From positions 132,246,001 to 132,310,000 of the forward strand of contig OZ024741.1 in the NCBI GenBank assembly GCA_964016885.1: 64,000 bases of DNA, read 5' to 3'. The position numbers and the translations under genes are program-made. Below the pieces are notes generated by a model that saw only the letters and a program-made list of their open reading frames with translations, searched no databases and had not been told where the DNA came from. This DNA is from Eledone cirrhosa. Taxonomy: Eukaryota. Below, one piece after another: positions 42,671 through 56,289 of this stretch. The stretch's first letter is position 1, and each line of letters begins with the position of its first letter.

Positions 42671-42895
42671 CACTGGGATGACGCGGTGCGATGTCTGTAT
42701 TTTTTATAAAATGCAACACGTGGTTCGAGTCATTCACAGATATGCATTTGCTGTGTAAACACAGATGGTTGGATCTTCTCCTTTGGTGACCATACAGGAT
42801 TTGACTGCTGTGATTTACGGATTAATTGGTGAAATATATTTTTTATTTAAAGAAATATATACAAAGGAGATTAATCATTTTAAAAGGTACCTATA
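42327..42895. repeat. 231-bp monomer with terminal redundancy, then (TA)n, then an inverted monomer
   Basis: atatttctttaaataaaaaatatatttcacc occurs at 42331 and 42562; 42665-42895 is a circularly permuted reverse complement. Confidence 0.85.
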
Positions 42896-43002
42896 TTTGA
42901 AGTTCTAGTTAAACTTTAATTAGTTACCTACCTAGCTATATGTGCTTACACACTTTACAAATTATTCCCTGAGATTGTTTCATGTGTTTATTTTATATAT
43001 AT

Positions 43003-46000
43003 CTATCTATCTATATCTAAGCCGGGTAAAATTCCCGAGATCCATGGACGAGTTCTCTCCAGCGGTCTCTGTCCCTCATTATCGCTGCCATGTCCTGCAT
43101 CTCCAACAGACCAGTGTCTGTCCTTAGGGCATCAACATACGTTAACATTGGTCTTCCTCTTCTAGTGTGTCCATGTAGGGGCTCCCAAAGGAGTACTGAG
43201 TGCAATGTCAACTCTGGATGTCGGTGAGCATGTCCAGCTAACCTCAGTCTCCTCTGTGTCACTTTTGAGCTGACTTTTGGGATGCTCCCATACAGTTCTG
43301 AGTTTTTCATCCTCAGTGTATACTGATTAATGTTCAGAGCCATCCTCAGCATTCTCGTGTAGCACCCATCCACCATCTGAGTGAGTTTCTTGGTCAGTGT
43401 CCAAGTCTCAGACCCATACAGCAGCACAGACTCCACTACAGCAATGAAGAGGCGGATTTTCAGGTCTCCACGAAGGTCCGACTTCCACACCGATCTCAAG
43501 ATGTGGCACGCCGCCTAGGCCTTGCTCTTCCTCTCAACCACATCATCTTCCATATTCCCAATCTTTGCTCCCAAATACAGGAAGTCCTCAACCAATTCCA
43601 GCGGCTTTCCGCCTACATTAGTGATCCCCTCTGGCTTCTCAACATTCTCTACCAGATATTTTGTTTTAGTCTCATTCATTCTCAGCCCCACACTCATCGA
43701 CACAGTCTCAACCTCCCGCATCAAATCCTCTGCCTCCTTCACTGTATCTGTCACCAAAACTATGTCGTCGGAAAATTCAGCATCCGATACCTTTTTCGCC
43801 CTAACTCTCCTGCTCTGAGCCGGTGCTACAGTAAAGCCAGAGTCCTGGTGTTTCTCCAGTGCAAGGCGCATACAATAGTCCACTACGATGATAAAAAGGT
43901 AGGGAGCCAATGTATCTCCCTGGAGCACTCCAGCCAGTATCTCAAAGAACTCTGTCATCCCATCAGGTGTAATGACTTGGGCTTGGTGTTGGTGTAGAGT
44001 AGTGATATCAGGTCCACTATCCTCTTGGGGATTCCATAAGCCTGTAAGATCTTCATCAGGCAGTAACGGTCCACAGAATCAAAGGCCTTCCTAAAGTCAA
44101 TGAAAACCATGACCGCAGGAAGGCACTTTACTCTAACTCCCTCTAATATCCTCCTCAGCATCAGGATGTGACTGGTGGTTGATCTACCCTCTCTGAAGCC
44201 GTTCTGGTTGTCCCTGAGCTTCTGCTCCATCTCGGGCTGGATCCTGTTAAGAATCATCCTGTTGAGGGTCTTTGCCACAAGTGACGTCAGTGAGATCCCC
44301 CTGTAGTTGTTGGTGTTAGAGAGATCTCCCTTCTTTGGCACTGGGACGATGTTACTGATCCTCCACTGATTCGGGGCAACTCCTTTCTCCAGTGCCCCGT
44401 TACAGAACCCCAGGATGATATCATCAAAATCACACCTCTTCATCACCTCTAATGCCACTCCATCTTCTCCATGGGCCTTGCCCTCCCTGATCCTCTTCTT
44501 GGCTCTCTGAAGCTCCTCTCTGGTGAAGGGCTCTGTCTCAACATCCAGTTCCTCAAACAGCCGCCTGATCTCCCCAGTGCTCTGGGCTGTGGAGGGTGGC
44601 TCTCCTAGTAGGGTCCTAAAATGGTCTAGCCATTTCCTCTTCCTATCCTCGGGCCCCGTTCCCTGGATCTGACTCGAACACCTTCTCTTCCTCCCTGTGA
44701 TCTCGTTGATGATCATCCAGCTCTCCTTACATCCAGATCTGTCAACCGCTCTCTCCACACTTCTGATCTTCTCTATCAGTGCCTCCTCTCTGACCTCAGT
44801 GTAAGCGGTACAGAGCTCTTCCCTCATCACCTCCACAGTTTCCATCCTCTCCTCTGTAGGATCAGCATAGAATTGGTCCCTGGCAGCTTTCAGGTGTTCT
44901 CTGGCTGCATACACTTTTGGGTTTGCAGAGCTGACGTGCTTCCCTTTGTTCTTTTTCCTCGGCACCAGGGTTTCACTTGCTTCCGCCACTGCATTGGTGA
45001 AGTGCCCGTACCTCCTCGTCACACTCTCCTCAGTCCATCCAATCTCTCTCTCCTCTGACTCTCCACACAGAGCACTAAACCTATTTCTCACTTCCACTGT
45101 GAACCTCTCCTGTAGCTTATCATCTTCCTTGAAAGCTCCCCAGTTATAGATTGTTCTCCGGGGCTGAGCCTTGCTCTTTCTTAAGCTCACGCGGACCTCA
45201 CTCATAACAAGCCGGTGGTCACTACCCAGTGTACTGAAATAGCTGTATGGTTCCGTGTTCAGAACACTATTCCGCCACTTTTTCCTCACCAGAATGAAAT
45301 CAATCTGGGACTTGGACAGGTGCATATCTGAGATGTAGGTCCACATCTTCCCCAGATTCTTCCTAAACCTTAGGTTGGTCGCCATCAAGTTCACCTCCAG
45401 CAGGGTGTCTCTCAGTAGTCTTCCATTTCGGTTGGTTTTGTTATGGAAGTACCAGCAAGGATCTTCACTGCCCTCCTTACTCAGATGTGCATTGAAGTCC
45501 CCCAAAACAAGCAGGATATTGTGTGCCTGAGTGGTGTTGACAGCTCTACACACCTCCTCATGGAACTCTTCCGCATTCACATCACTGTCCCCCTCGGTTG
45601 GACTATAGGCTGAGATGACTGTCAGTCTTGGGTTTCCATTGAAGGTCACCCTCAACACTCGCGAGGAGATAGGCATTATTTCCCTCACCAACAGATTGGT
45701 TTTTGCACTGAACACAAAACCCACTCCTCCTACTGCAACATTTGTTGTGTTCTTCACTGCCGATGTAGTGATGAGCTGGCTCTTCCTCCCGATCATCACA
45801 CTCCTCACGGGCTCATCGTGTAGAATCCTGTGTTCTTGGATCGCAAGTATCTGTATACCACTCTCCTCGAACAGATGTCCCAACTCCTCTCTCTTCTCCA
45901 GCGTCCGAATAGTCCTCACATTCAAAGTGCCCATTTTGATGGCTCTTCTGCAGGACAAAACTGCATTCTTTATATTTGTCTCAGAGACAGCTGATCCATC

Positions 46001-46325
46001 ATCCACTGGCCCTCTCTGTGGTTCTAAGCCAGCAGAGTCATAACGACCAGGCTGCTCCTTGACAGTGTAATTAGGGGCTCTAACCCTAGTGCTGTTAGAT
46101 CGACTCTCCATATTTCTTTTCAATGGCTGACAATACCTTACCGGCGCCACTCGAATAAGGTAGTTATTTAACCCATAAATGGAGCCCTAACATGTACTAC
46201 CACCCCGGGCCAGGGCAGACCTGGGAGTCATGACAACTAAGGGGTAACTCCACATTCCCCACATCTCCTGAACTCCCGAACTGGAGACTTGCCACTGGAT
46301 GTAGTTTAATGTCATACCCAGGACA
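43003..46325 (-). mobile_element. Apparently full-length RTE-clade LINE with (TAGA)n-like tail and 14-bp TSD
   Basis: Single APE+RT reading frame; TSD tattttatatatat at 42989-43002 and 46326-46339; tail tagatatagatagatagat starts at the stop codon; about 175-nt 5' UTR. Confidence 0.93.
43017..46150 (-). pseudogene. RTE LINE endonuclease/reverse transcriptase ORF with one frameshift (about 43984) and one in-frame stop (about 43515)
   Basis: APE motifs GTLNVRT, IQEHR, GDFNA, IDFILV, SDH; RT motifs PKKGD, NYRGISL, QNGFR, FIDFRKAFDS, GVLQGDTLAP, FSDDI, FLYLG; C-terminal LLYGSETW and RLRLAGH. Confidence 0.92.
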
Positions 46326-46707
46326 TATTTTATATATATATGTGACAATCTATTTCTAGTTTATATAGCTAGGTAGGTAACTAATTAAAGTTTTAAAATA
46401 GCTCAATACAATTACAGGCTGTGACACTATAACACTGTGATATTGTATAGTGAAGGTCACCTAACCTTGTGATACTAGTAGTATTATTGTTATTATTGTT
46501 ATCAATATTGTTGTTATTATGCTTACATTTAGATGTAATTATGTATAGTATATTAAAAGCAATACATACATATATATAAAGATAAAGATTCCATGACTCT
46601 TTGTGGAGTAGTAGAGGCACCATCACACGGCGTGTCTAGAGCACATTTTAACCTGGCGGAGCCCAACCCTCACCAGGTTTGAACACAGCCGATCTTTTCT
46701 ATAGAGG

Positions 46708-47018
46708 AAGAATCGACCCCAGTAATGTATTTCAAGTATATCTTGTGGATCGATAAAATAAAGTACCAGTAATACACTGGGTAATTGCTGGCTTTGTGCC
46801 AAAAGTAGAAACAATTATATATAATATATATAGGGCGGTGAATTGGCAGTATCGGTAGAGGGTCGGATATGCTTTCCAGCATAGTTACGTCCCTTTACGA
46901 TCTGAGTTCAAATCCGGCCGAGGTTAACTTTGCCTTTCATCCTTACGGGGTCTATAAAATAAATTACCAGTAATGTACTGGTTAATTGCTGGCCTTGTGC
47001 CAAAAGTAGAAACAATTA
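46708..47018 (+). mobile_element. SINE family 1: small partial, fold-back-like copy (46708-46817) and full copy (46832-47018)
   Basis: Consensus match. Confidence 0.82.
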
Positions 47019-47039
47019 TATATAATATATATATGTATA

Positions 47040-47920
47040 AAGCGTCCGAAACTCTAATGATCCCCAGAAGACAACCGATGAACGGGAATTGCCCTTACGA
47101 GTTTCCTATGTTTCTCCCACGTGTTTTACTAATTATGTATATATTATTACACTAATAGACACGTGTTTCACTGTTAGTTAAATCATCAGTTCACTCATTT
47201 TGGAATGGATACGGTTTATTATCTTCTCTTTAAGAAGAGTTCTAAAAAAGGCATAATAATTAAGCGTTATGTATGTAGAGAGAAGAGTGTAAAAGATTTT
47301 ATCTTTTCTTCTTTCAGGTCGTGTTGTGTAAAACAACAAATGAAAAGAACTAACTTAAGTTTTTTAGTAGAGAAAGAGATAGAAAGTAATTTAGAACAAA
47401 TATTCTTTTGGAAATTATTTGGAAGAACTATTTAGGTTTAGAGTGAATGCAGGGAGAGAAGGTTGTATGAGCGAGGGTCAAGGAACGAAGGTGAATGCCT
47501 TTGGTAGCTTTTTGGGTGTTAATTAGAAACATTTTAGAAGTTGGGGTATCCAAAAGATGTTAAGGAATGATGTCTGTGGGCTGTGTGAGGGATCCGTGAT
47601 TGTGTGGGGCTTATTAGTCCGGACTTTTTCAGTTTTCTGGAAACGTGTGGACAATGGTTTCAAAAATCTATTCTTGTATTCAAACAGTTATTAGTGTAAC
47701 ATTTTTAGGATGTTCCATCTTTCGTGACCTCGTTCAATTTGAATAGCGTCAAGATCAGGATCTCAAATTCAAGGACTCAAAAGACCATTGCGTTGAGGGG
47801 GAGGGGGCACAGCGGGCCAAATGTTGGAGGGGTCTGTTATAATGCTTATTTGCAATACAGCTGATGAGTTACTATTCGTTTTAATCAAAATGCAATTAGT
47901 GGAATAAATGAACAATGAAC
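47040..47920 (-). mobile_element. Degenerate 3' fragment of a PLE related to 20849-23055
   Basis: The minus strand near 47635-47690 translates to about NCLNTR..F.NHCPHVSRK, matching DCLNTSSEFFTHCPHVAKH; a hammerhead-like motif lies downstream. Confidence 0.6.
47152..47195 (-). ncRNA. Decayed hammerhead motif
   Basis: CTGATGA..GAAA-C ACGT G-TC; stems I and II are poorly paired. Confidence 0.5.
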
Positions 47921-47974
47921 AATTTATGTATGTACTTTTATATATATATATATATATATAGTCTGTATCTCTCG

Positions 47975-48082
<108 letters not shown>

Positions 48083-48088
48083 ATATAT

Positions 48089-48517
48089 AAAAGAATAGAG
48101 GTGTAACACACAAGTTATTATATATTGGTAAACGGAATAGAAAATGCTGACAAATTGTTCACAGTTGAAAAATGGTTTAATTAGGAATAAAAGAGTATTA
48201 GTGATTGTATGGGTTAGTATTCAGTTGTGGTTTTAAGTTTTTAAGTTTTTACCGGTTGCGCATTTCTAAATGCTTTTCAAAAATAATTTTGAGATAGAGT
48301 GTCCGTGCTGTTTGCTCTGATCTGAGCAAACAGCACGGACACTCTATCTCAAAATTATTTTTGAAAAGCATTTAGAAATGCGCAACCGGTAAAAACTTAA
48401 AAACTTAAAACCACAACTGAATACTAACCCATACAATCACTAATACTCTTTTATTCCTAATTAAACCATTTTTCAACTGTGAACAATTTGTCAGCATTTT
48501 CTATTCCGTTTACCAAT
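48089..48517. mobile_element. Near-perfect fold-back element (arms about 195 bp)
   Basis: Centre tttgctc-tgatct-gagcaaa at about 48311-48330. Confidence 0.9.
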
Positions 48518-49002
48518 ATATATATATATATATATATATGTCTACCAAATAATACTCATGAGGCATTGGTCCACCTGAGGCTATGGTTGAAGATACTAAA
48601 ATAATAACATATTCTTCATGAGAAGTGTGTGCATAGATGCTTATGTGCGTATATATGTATGTGTGTGGTGCTTGAGACAGGCTGATGGTGGATGTGAAGG
48701 TGTGGAGACTATTTCAATAATTCATAAGCAAACATTGAATCAAATATTTTTATCTATATATCTGCATATATTTTACTGTCTGTTACTACCTGTCTATGCC
48801 AGTCTATCTTTGTGCTTCCCTCCCACTTCTCTCTGCCCAACTACAGATAGTTTTTCGATAAAGCAGTAAAGCAATATGCTGAAGTTTGAATGTGGCCAAT
48901 CAAACATGAAATATTTGGTGACAGATTTATTTACCGTCATGAGTTATTCACATTGAATTGTTTTCAATACTACTTCAAACATTTGCACTGATTGTCGATC
49001 TC

Positions 49003-49096
<94 letters not shown>

Positions 49097-50730
49097 CATT
49101 CAAAGTTATAGATGCCATGTTTGAGATATTCTCGAACATACATACGTCTTGTCTCCCCAAATAAGTTCAAGGAAAAATTCAAAGAATAAATCCGAGCATT
49201 TAATCATTACAAAATAGTGAATGACATATATCCATACATAATTATCCAATGATATAAATGTATAATAAAACATATAAAACTTTAACAGGAGATAATCTGT
49301 ATAGAGTGTAAGAATACATAGTTCGTTACAGTATCATATTAAAATTTTTACACAAATTCAAAATATAGATACCTGATAAAAACCATATATATTTCCCTCA
49401 TATGTACCCTTCACAAATAATGAATACATTTCACCAAATATCGGTGCAGGTAGATAATCGATCTGGATCTTCAGTGAGGGTATCGATCTATCTAAACTTA
49501 CAACCGTTAACATACAGAACTGAAAACGATGAGAGAAGCACATGGTATTATCAAAAAATCAACACAGGCGGTCATAGTCTGCAATGACATGAAAGGGTTC
49601 ACGACAACTAGAAATAGAAGCCTAACCCCTCAATATATTAACAGCTCAACCAAGTAGGAGCTTAAATATATTATATTCAAAGTTATAGATGTACCGGTAT
49701 TTGGTGAAACGTATTCATGATTTGTGAAGGATACATATGAGGGAAATATATATAAATTTTTTGACACTCTTCTTCTTCTTCTTCTCGTTGTTCCTTTCTC
49801 AGTATTTGGATTGCTAGATATCAACCTGTGTTCTGTAGGTTTAGGTATCTTAAGGCGCACAGAGTTGTGCTGACACGCAATAAAAATAAGACCAATAATA
49901 ATGTATATATATCTATTAAATATATTCTCATTGTATGGAAAAAATACAAAGACCTTATGAGTAAGGATTTCGTAAAACTTGAATTCATGAAGTTAATGTA
50001 TGATTTTTAAAGTTTATTGAGACTATATAAGGGAACGAAATATAAGGTGTTGTATTAAAAAATGAAAGGTGGGTACAGAATAAATAATAATGAACATTAC
50101 AGTGCTCAGGTACACTACAAATATATAAAGAACTGAAAATGAATGCACATAAAAATGAAGGTACGAACGAAAGAAGGCCTGAAAGAACTCTATAAGAAAG
50201 AATTGACGACATAATATTAAAACTGTACTTCTGAATAAATAAACGATGACTCATTCACGTGCAATGTTGATATAATTCACTTGTGACACAGATTATATGG
50301 TATTTGTTATTTTTCAATAGTCATTTAATTGCTATTCGAACATTCAGTAAAGAATAACGAAAGGAATATAAAAATAAAATGGGAAAAAGAAGCATATAAA
50401 CAATATGCCCCACACTGTAAAGTGGTCGTGTAGGCGCCACTGAAAAAAGCACCCAGCCCACACTGTAAATGAGGTTGGTGTTAGGAAGGGCATCCAGCTG
50501 TAGAAATAAAGCCAGAATCAGTTCCCATATGAGCAAGACAAGGTCAGCCGACCTGGCACTGCCTACAACAGGACAACCCATCTAACCCATACTAGCGTGG
50601 AAGAATGAACGTAAAACGGTGATGATGATGATGATGATATATATATATATATATATATATTACAAAGAGAGTGTGGTAAGACACCAGGTGGACGAAACGG
50701 CCGGAGCTCAGTCGTCGGGGTCCTGAATCT

Positions 50731-50774
<44 letters not shown>

Positions 50775-50778
<4 letters not shown>

Positions 50779-51072
50779 AAAAAATTGAAAATGCAACTGG
50801 AATCTTTTAAGAATATTTATTTAGTTCTTATGATTTTCCAAAGTAAAATTGAGATGGAGGGTTTGTGTTTCTGTTGTGGTTTGTCTCTGATGCGAGACAA
50901 ATCAAAACAGAAACACAAACCCTCCATCTCAATTTTACTTTTGAAAATCATAAGAACTGTGAAACCGGTAAAGTAAATAAATAAATATTCTTAAAAGACT
51001 CCAGTTGCATTTTTAATTTCTTTTCCTTATACTTCCACCCGTGTGAGACATCTTTTTAAAAAACCTCATTTT

Positions 51073-51076
<4 letters not shown>
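50775..51076. mobile_element. Fold-back element
   Basis: 50775-50888 is inverted relative to 50894-51030; flanked by (TA)n. Confidence 0.8.
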
Positions 51077-51132
<56 letters not shown>

Positions 51133-51356
51133 GATAGAACCAGTTTGAAACTGGTTAGATACTTGGGGTAGTAGAGTATGGCTATATTATAAAGAATCGG
51201 GACTCGACTGCTGAGCTCTTGCCATTTCAACAACTAGTTCCACACTCAGTCTGTAACTAGTTGTTGAAACGACAAGAGCTCAGCAATCGGGTCCCGACAC
51301 TTTATAATATATATATATATATTGTTATGGTAATTATTATTATTGTTGTTCTTGTT

Positions 51357-51565
51357 AATATTGTTTCTGATTTAGGCAAAATGTCAAGGAGAGAAAAGTC
51401 GATTAAAATGACCCCAGTACGTTATTGGTACTTAGTTTTAACGACTCCGCAAGGATGAAAAGCAAAGCTAACCTCAGCGAGATTTGAACTCAGGATGTAA
51501 AGGGACGAAACTCTATACTGCAAAACATTTTGTCCAACGCTCTACTGATAATGCCAATCCACCGC
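51357..51565 (-). mobile_element. SINE family 1 (diverged)
   Basis: Consensus match. Confidence 0.78.
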
Positions 51566-51896
51566 TTTTCAATAATAATAAATAATAAATAAATTTTTAA
51601 AAAAACCATAGGTAGAATTATATCACTGTATTAGTTTTACGTAAGTTTCACCAAGAACAGAAAATATCAACAAATTATATGGAATCAAAACTAATTAAAA
51701 ATAAATGAAAACATCCCTACATATGTAATTTTTCAAATTCATTTGGATCTCAAGAAACTTCAAAATGTATAAAACCATATAAAACTACTCAAATTAGAAA
51801 GAGGAACATCTCTTCTGCCGAAGATATTTTGCAATGACATCATTAGTTTCATTTCTATAAGGTTTTAATTCGATACCATATATTAGTATCTCACTA

Positions 51897-52065
51897 TGAG
51901 CAAGACACTTTATTTCATGTTGCTCCAGTTTACTCAGCTGTAGAGGGGAAACTGGTATGCATGGGCGACTGCTGGTCTTCCATAAACAGCCTTGCCCAGA
52001 CTTGTGCTTTGGAGAGGGAACTTTCTAGGCGCACATTCCATGGTCATTCGTGGCCGAAGGAGGTC
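51897..52065 (+). mobile_element. SINE family 2, partial
   Basis: tgagcaagacactttatttcatgttgctccagtttactcagctg. Confidence 0.7.
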
Positions 52066-53546
52066 TAGACTATGATGAATAAGGAGGCTTAACTGTGAAA
52101 ACTGCGAATTGTAAACACTTTCAACTATTCCTTTGTATACAGAAAAATATAAAGGATTATTCTTATGCTTTCATTTTGGGGATTTTGTTGCCTCGTCATT
52201 AAATAACACTCATACGAAGGAATATTGCTATGGCAACGCTATTTATCATACAGAATACCCGCACTATAGGCAAATGAGCATCTTCAGCAGATGTTTTATA
52301 CACGCCACACATAAATAAGCTCTAGCTTATTATTGTCTCAGTACCGAGTGGGGTAGCTGTGACCTGATTACAGCTTTAAAACACCCATAGCCAGACTTAT
52401 ATTTGTTTGTAATACATAAATTTATTGTATATGCTTTCATATACACCTTTAATATACTAAACCTGTTATTAAATTCTTAGGTTATACAAGAAGATACCTC
52501 TCAAAATTCTTTAACATTTCCAATTATATTGAACTATTGTAAATATTTATATAAACAAAAGTATCATCATCTTAGTAGCATCTTTCCAGCTCACTATAAA
52601 TTGCTAATATATGGAAGTGTGGATAGGTGTTAAATTCCGATCTATGCTATCCCTGATTAGATCAGAGTATTTCCGCATATTACTTTTACAACAACAAAAA
52701 AATAGAGAGTTTTCAATCGACAGTTTCTTAGAATCGTTTCTCTGTACTTTTATATACCGGAAACTTCCCTGGCGTTTCAGTGTATTTTCTTACTTTGTAG
52801 ATTTCCTTTGGAAATAAATAGCTTTACATCTGCTTTGCTTCCGAGCACTGAATGTGTTATTATATAACTTTTAGCGGATGGCTGAAGAGGCAGTATTGTT
52901 TCCTGTGTTGTGTGTGTGCCGTATATTTCTATCCTCGAGGAAATATTTTACTTTCCTTTAAATGAAAATGCACGCAGATATAGGTAAACAAAATTATTTC
53001 ATTTTCAACCAACGAATTTTTCTTTCTTCCCTTCTCGCTTTCTCTCTTTTTACACCCACCCCTCCCTCTCTCTCCCTCTCTCGTTCTCTCTCTCTTTCTC
53101 TCCCATTCCCTCCCTGCTTTCCCAGAATGCCATTTTACTCCTCCCGGCCTTACTTATATGTTGGGTTCGATATGATCGACTAAATGAACAGCCCCAGCAT
53201 GGCCATAACCTGATAGCTGAAACCAGTAAAGCAGTAAAAATGAGACGGGCTTGAGCTCGATGCCAAGTTATCTTTTTGAAATGTCGCCATAACAACACTG
53301 TAATTCCTAACACTACCAGAAACCTACACGTAGTATCTCTTTACACCTCGGTACTCAAACTCCCAACTCTCAACCTACTGACTAATGCGTAGCATTCCCC
53401 TAGCTAGTATTTTTTGGCTTCACTTATACTGGCATTCATTATCCGTCTTCGTCAAAAAGGAGGTAAAATCTGTTTCGACTCGAGCCTAGAAGCTCATCAG
53501 GATCAGGCCGGTGCTTATCCCGAAACATATGAAAGGATGAGAACTT

Positions 53547-53665
<119 letters not shown>

Positions 53666-54272
53666 CGTGTGTGTGTGTGTGTGTGTGCGTGTGTGTATGC
53701 GTGTGTGTGCGTGTGTGTATGCGTGTGTGTGTGTGTGTGAGAGAGAGACTTTGAGTGTATGTATGCGCGAGTGTGTATATACATACATAAACACAATATG
53801 TGTGTGTATACATACATATACAAACATGTGTGTGTGTACATATACATATGAGTTGGATTGTTTTGAAAAAGCTGATGCAATGCAAGTCAAAAATAAAGGT
53901 ATGAGAACTAAAGTGAAGTAAGAAAAACAAAACACTTATCTCCACCTCATATTTCATTATATTTCATGGTTAGTAATTATATATGTCCATTTATGCATAA
54001 ATATCTACAATACAAGTGTCTACTTGTGTTATTTCTTGGTTTGCCAAATATACCGCTATGTATGTATATCCGTAACAAGATCAGCGGCAACCTGCGAAAC
54101 TCAGATTGACAATATATATATATATAAGTGTGTGTGTGTGTGTAGGTGTGTATAGGTGTGTATATATATATATATATATATTTATATATAGTCCAGAAAT
54201 AGCCGTCGAAACGGCTTGAGCTCTGCCGTCGGGGTCATACATTTTCCTATATATATATATACATATATATAT

Positions 54273-54303
<31 letters not shown>

Positions 54304-54449
54304 GTGAAATAAAATAACAGGGACGATTGGTTACTCCCCACCACGCCCAATGGCTGGCGACGCGCGCCCCGCCACCGATCAGCCCAAGGCCCGATCTGTA
54401 TCGAGTGCTCACCCTGGTGAACCTACAGTAACTCCAAGTTACACTCCCT

Positions 54450-54485
<36 letters not shown>

Positions 54486-55186
54486 AGGGAGTGAGTGAAA
54501 GTGTGAGGAAGAGGCTAGCCGAGAGAGGGTGACTAGCAGAGGGGGAGGATGAAAGTAAGAGGGAGAAGGAGAGAGAAGGAGGGGAGAGAAAGAGGATAGC
54601 AGTAAGGGAAGAGAAAAAGACAGGTCATAGCGAAGGGGAATAGCATATATGAATGAAAAATGGTGTGCTGTGTTTGTTGCGAATGAGATACATATGAAGT
54701 AAACAAATTCTTTTTATCTCAATAACTTTATTTAGTTATTGTTCGCGCTGGCTGAAGGTATATGATCTTTAATGCGAAGAAATACCTATGATGGCCAGTA
54801 GATCACTGATGAAGGATAGTCTCGGCTTCGGCTTCTCTTTCTAATTTTTACTTCATATTTATATATATATATATATATATATTGTTGGAAATAACACGTG
54901 ACAACTAAGTGTTCGATGGCTGTCTTCTAGCGACCGCAGTTAGTTCGTCCACTCCGATTTTTTGCAGAACGGAATCCCTGTTCGATCATAGAATACCACG
55001 AGCGTGCCTGTTACGTAAGTTGGATAATTGATTTCGGATTCATAGAAACACTTTAAACGTATATCGTTTGATTTGTCCAGGTCTATCTTTTTAACCTGTT
55101 AGTTTTTTCGTTACTTTGGTATTGTGTGGTTAGATTTTGCCTACCACAATGTTCAATTTGTCAAGCTATTTAAACGTATGTTATTA

Positions 55187-55216
<30 letters not shown>

Positions 55217-55222
<6 letters not shown>

Positions 55223-56263
55223 ATACTTTGGGAGGGTCATGTTGCGAATAAGAAACACACGCACCAGTTCCTTTCACTTCAATTTATTATAATAAATTTA
55301 TAAATTTAGGAATTTATATATTTCCGGTTGGTTGGTTGGTTCCACAACCAGATGATTGTTTATATATTGTCAAAGTTCTTTCGTCACACATTCTGTGACC
55401 TCTTCAGTGACTGGGGATTCTTTTCTTTGTTTTTTGTGCCTCTCCTTTGTTCTGTCCTACGCCATCTTGTTTTTGTGTTGTGTGCTTAGTTTGCGCATGT
55501 GTTACATCCGGGTGTCTGTGAGTGTTTATATTCGTTTATTTATTTGTTTATTTACATGTTACTGGTTGGTTGTTTGTTCTATGTGCGTGTGTGTTTTCAT
55601 TTTGTCCTTAATTGTAAGTTGTGAAGTTGCTGTTCCACTCATGTTTTCTATTTAATTTTGGTTGTAATTCATTTATGTTTATTGCCTCTGTGATTTGTCT
55701 AAACATTGCGTCTTTTCTGTGTGTAGATTCTATTTTTATTTCTATGTTCTCTAATTTACCCTTATGTTCTATTTTAGCATGTTGGTAGAGTACAGATGAT
55801 TCTTTACTATCTTGAAGGTCTCGCCAGTGTTCATTTATCCGTTCCCCTATACTACGAGCTGTCTCACCTATGTACACTATATTTTTATCTCTACATTGTC
55901 CTTCAGTACATCTTATGCTATATACTACATTTCTAGTTTTACAGTTAATATGGGGGCTTAATTTACAGATTATACATTTCTTATCTATACAGGGAGGTCT
56001 TTGAAAAGGGTATGTCTTGCTAATAAGTGTTTTTATGGAGGTACCTGGTCTTTCTACTATCTTAATATTGAGTTTATGTTTATCTAGGGCCCTTCTAAAT
56101 TTGTCTCTCTAGTTCTTCGGGGTTGCACATGCGGGACACGTTTCTCATCACCCGTACCAAATCCGCAATCAGTATGTTGATTTTGGTATGGTTCGAAACA
56201 GCTGAGTTTCGGTGGATCAGATATTTATCAGATAAATATCTGATCCACCGAAACTCAGCTGTT
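55217..56263 (-). mobile_element. Truncated copy of the 8235-10209 PLE family with an internal deletion and a terminal fold-back
   Basis: Colinear with 8295-9194 and then 9455-9580. ORF 55608-55877 encodes the same GIY-YIG C-terminus. Ends in a perfect hairpin at about 56197-56263. Confidence 0.9.
55369..55411 (-). ncRNA. Hammerhead ribozyme in PLE pseudo-LTR
   Basis: Same motif as 26375-26417. Confidence 0.7.
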
Positions 56264-56289
56264 ATATATATTTATTTATTTATTCCCCT

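Noticed and set aside
43503-46043. Plus-strand ORFs within the LINE
   Set aside because: Antisense shadows of the RTE ORF.
53465-53504. Minus-strand CTGATGA..GAAAC motif
   Set aside because: Stem III and stem I do not pair; at best a decayed relic.
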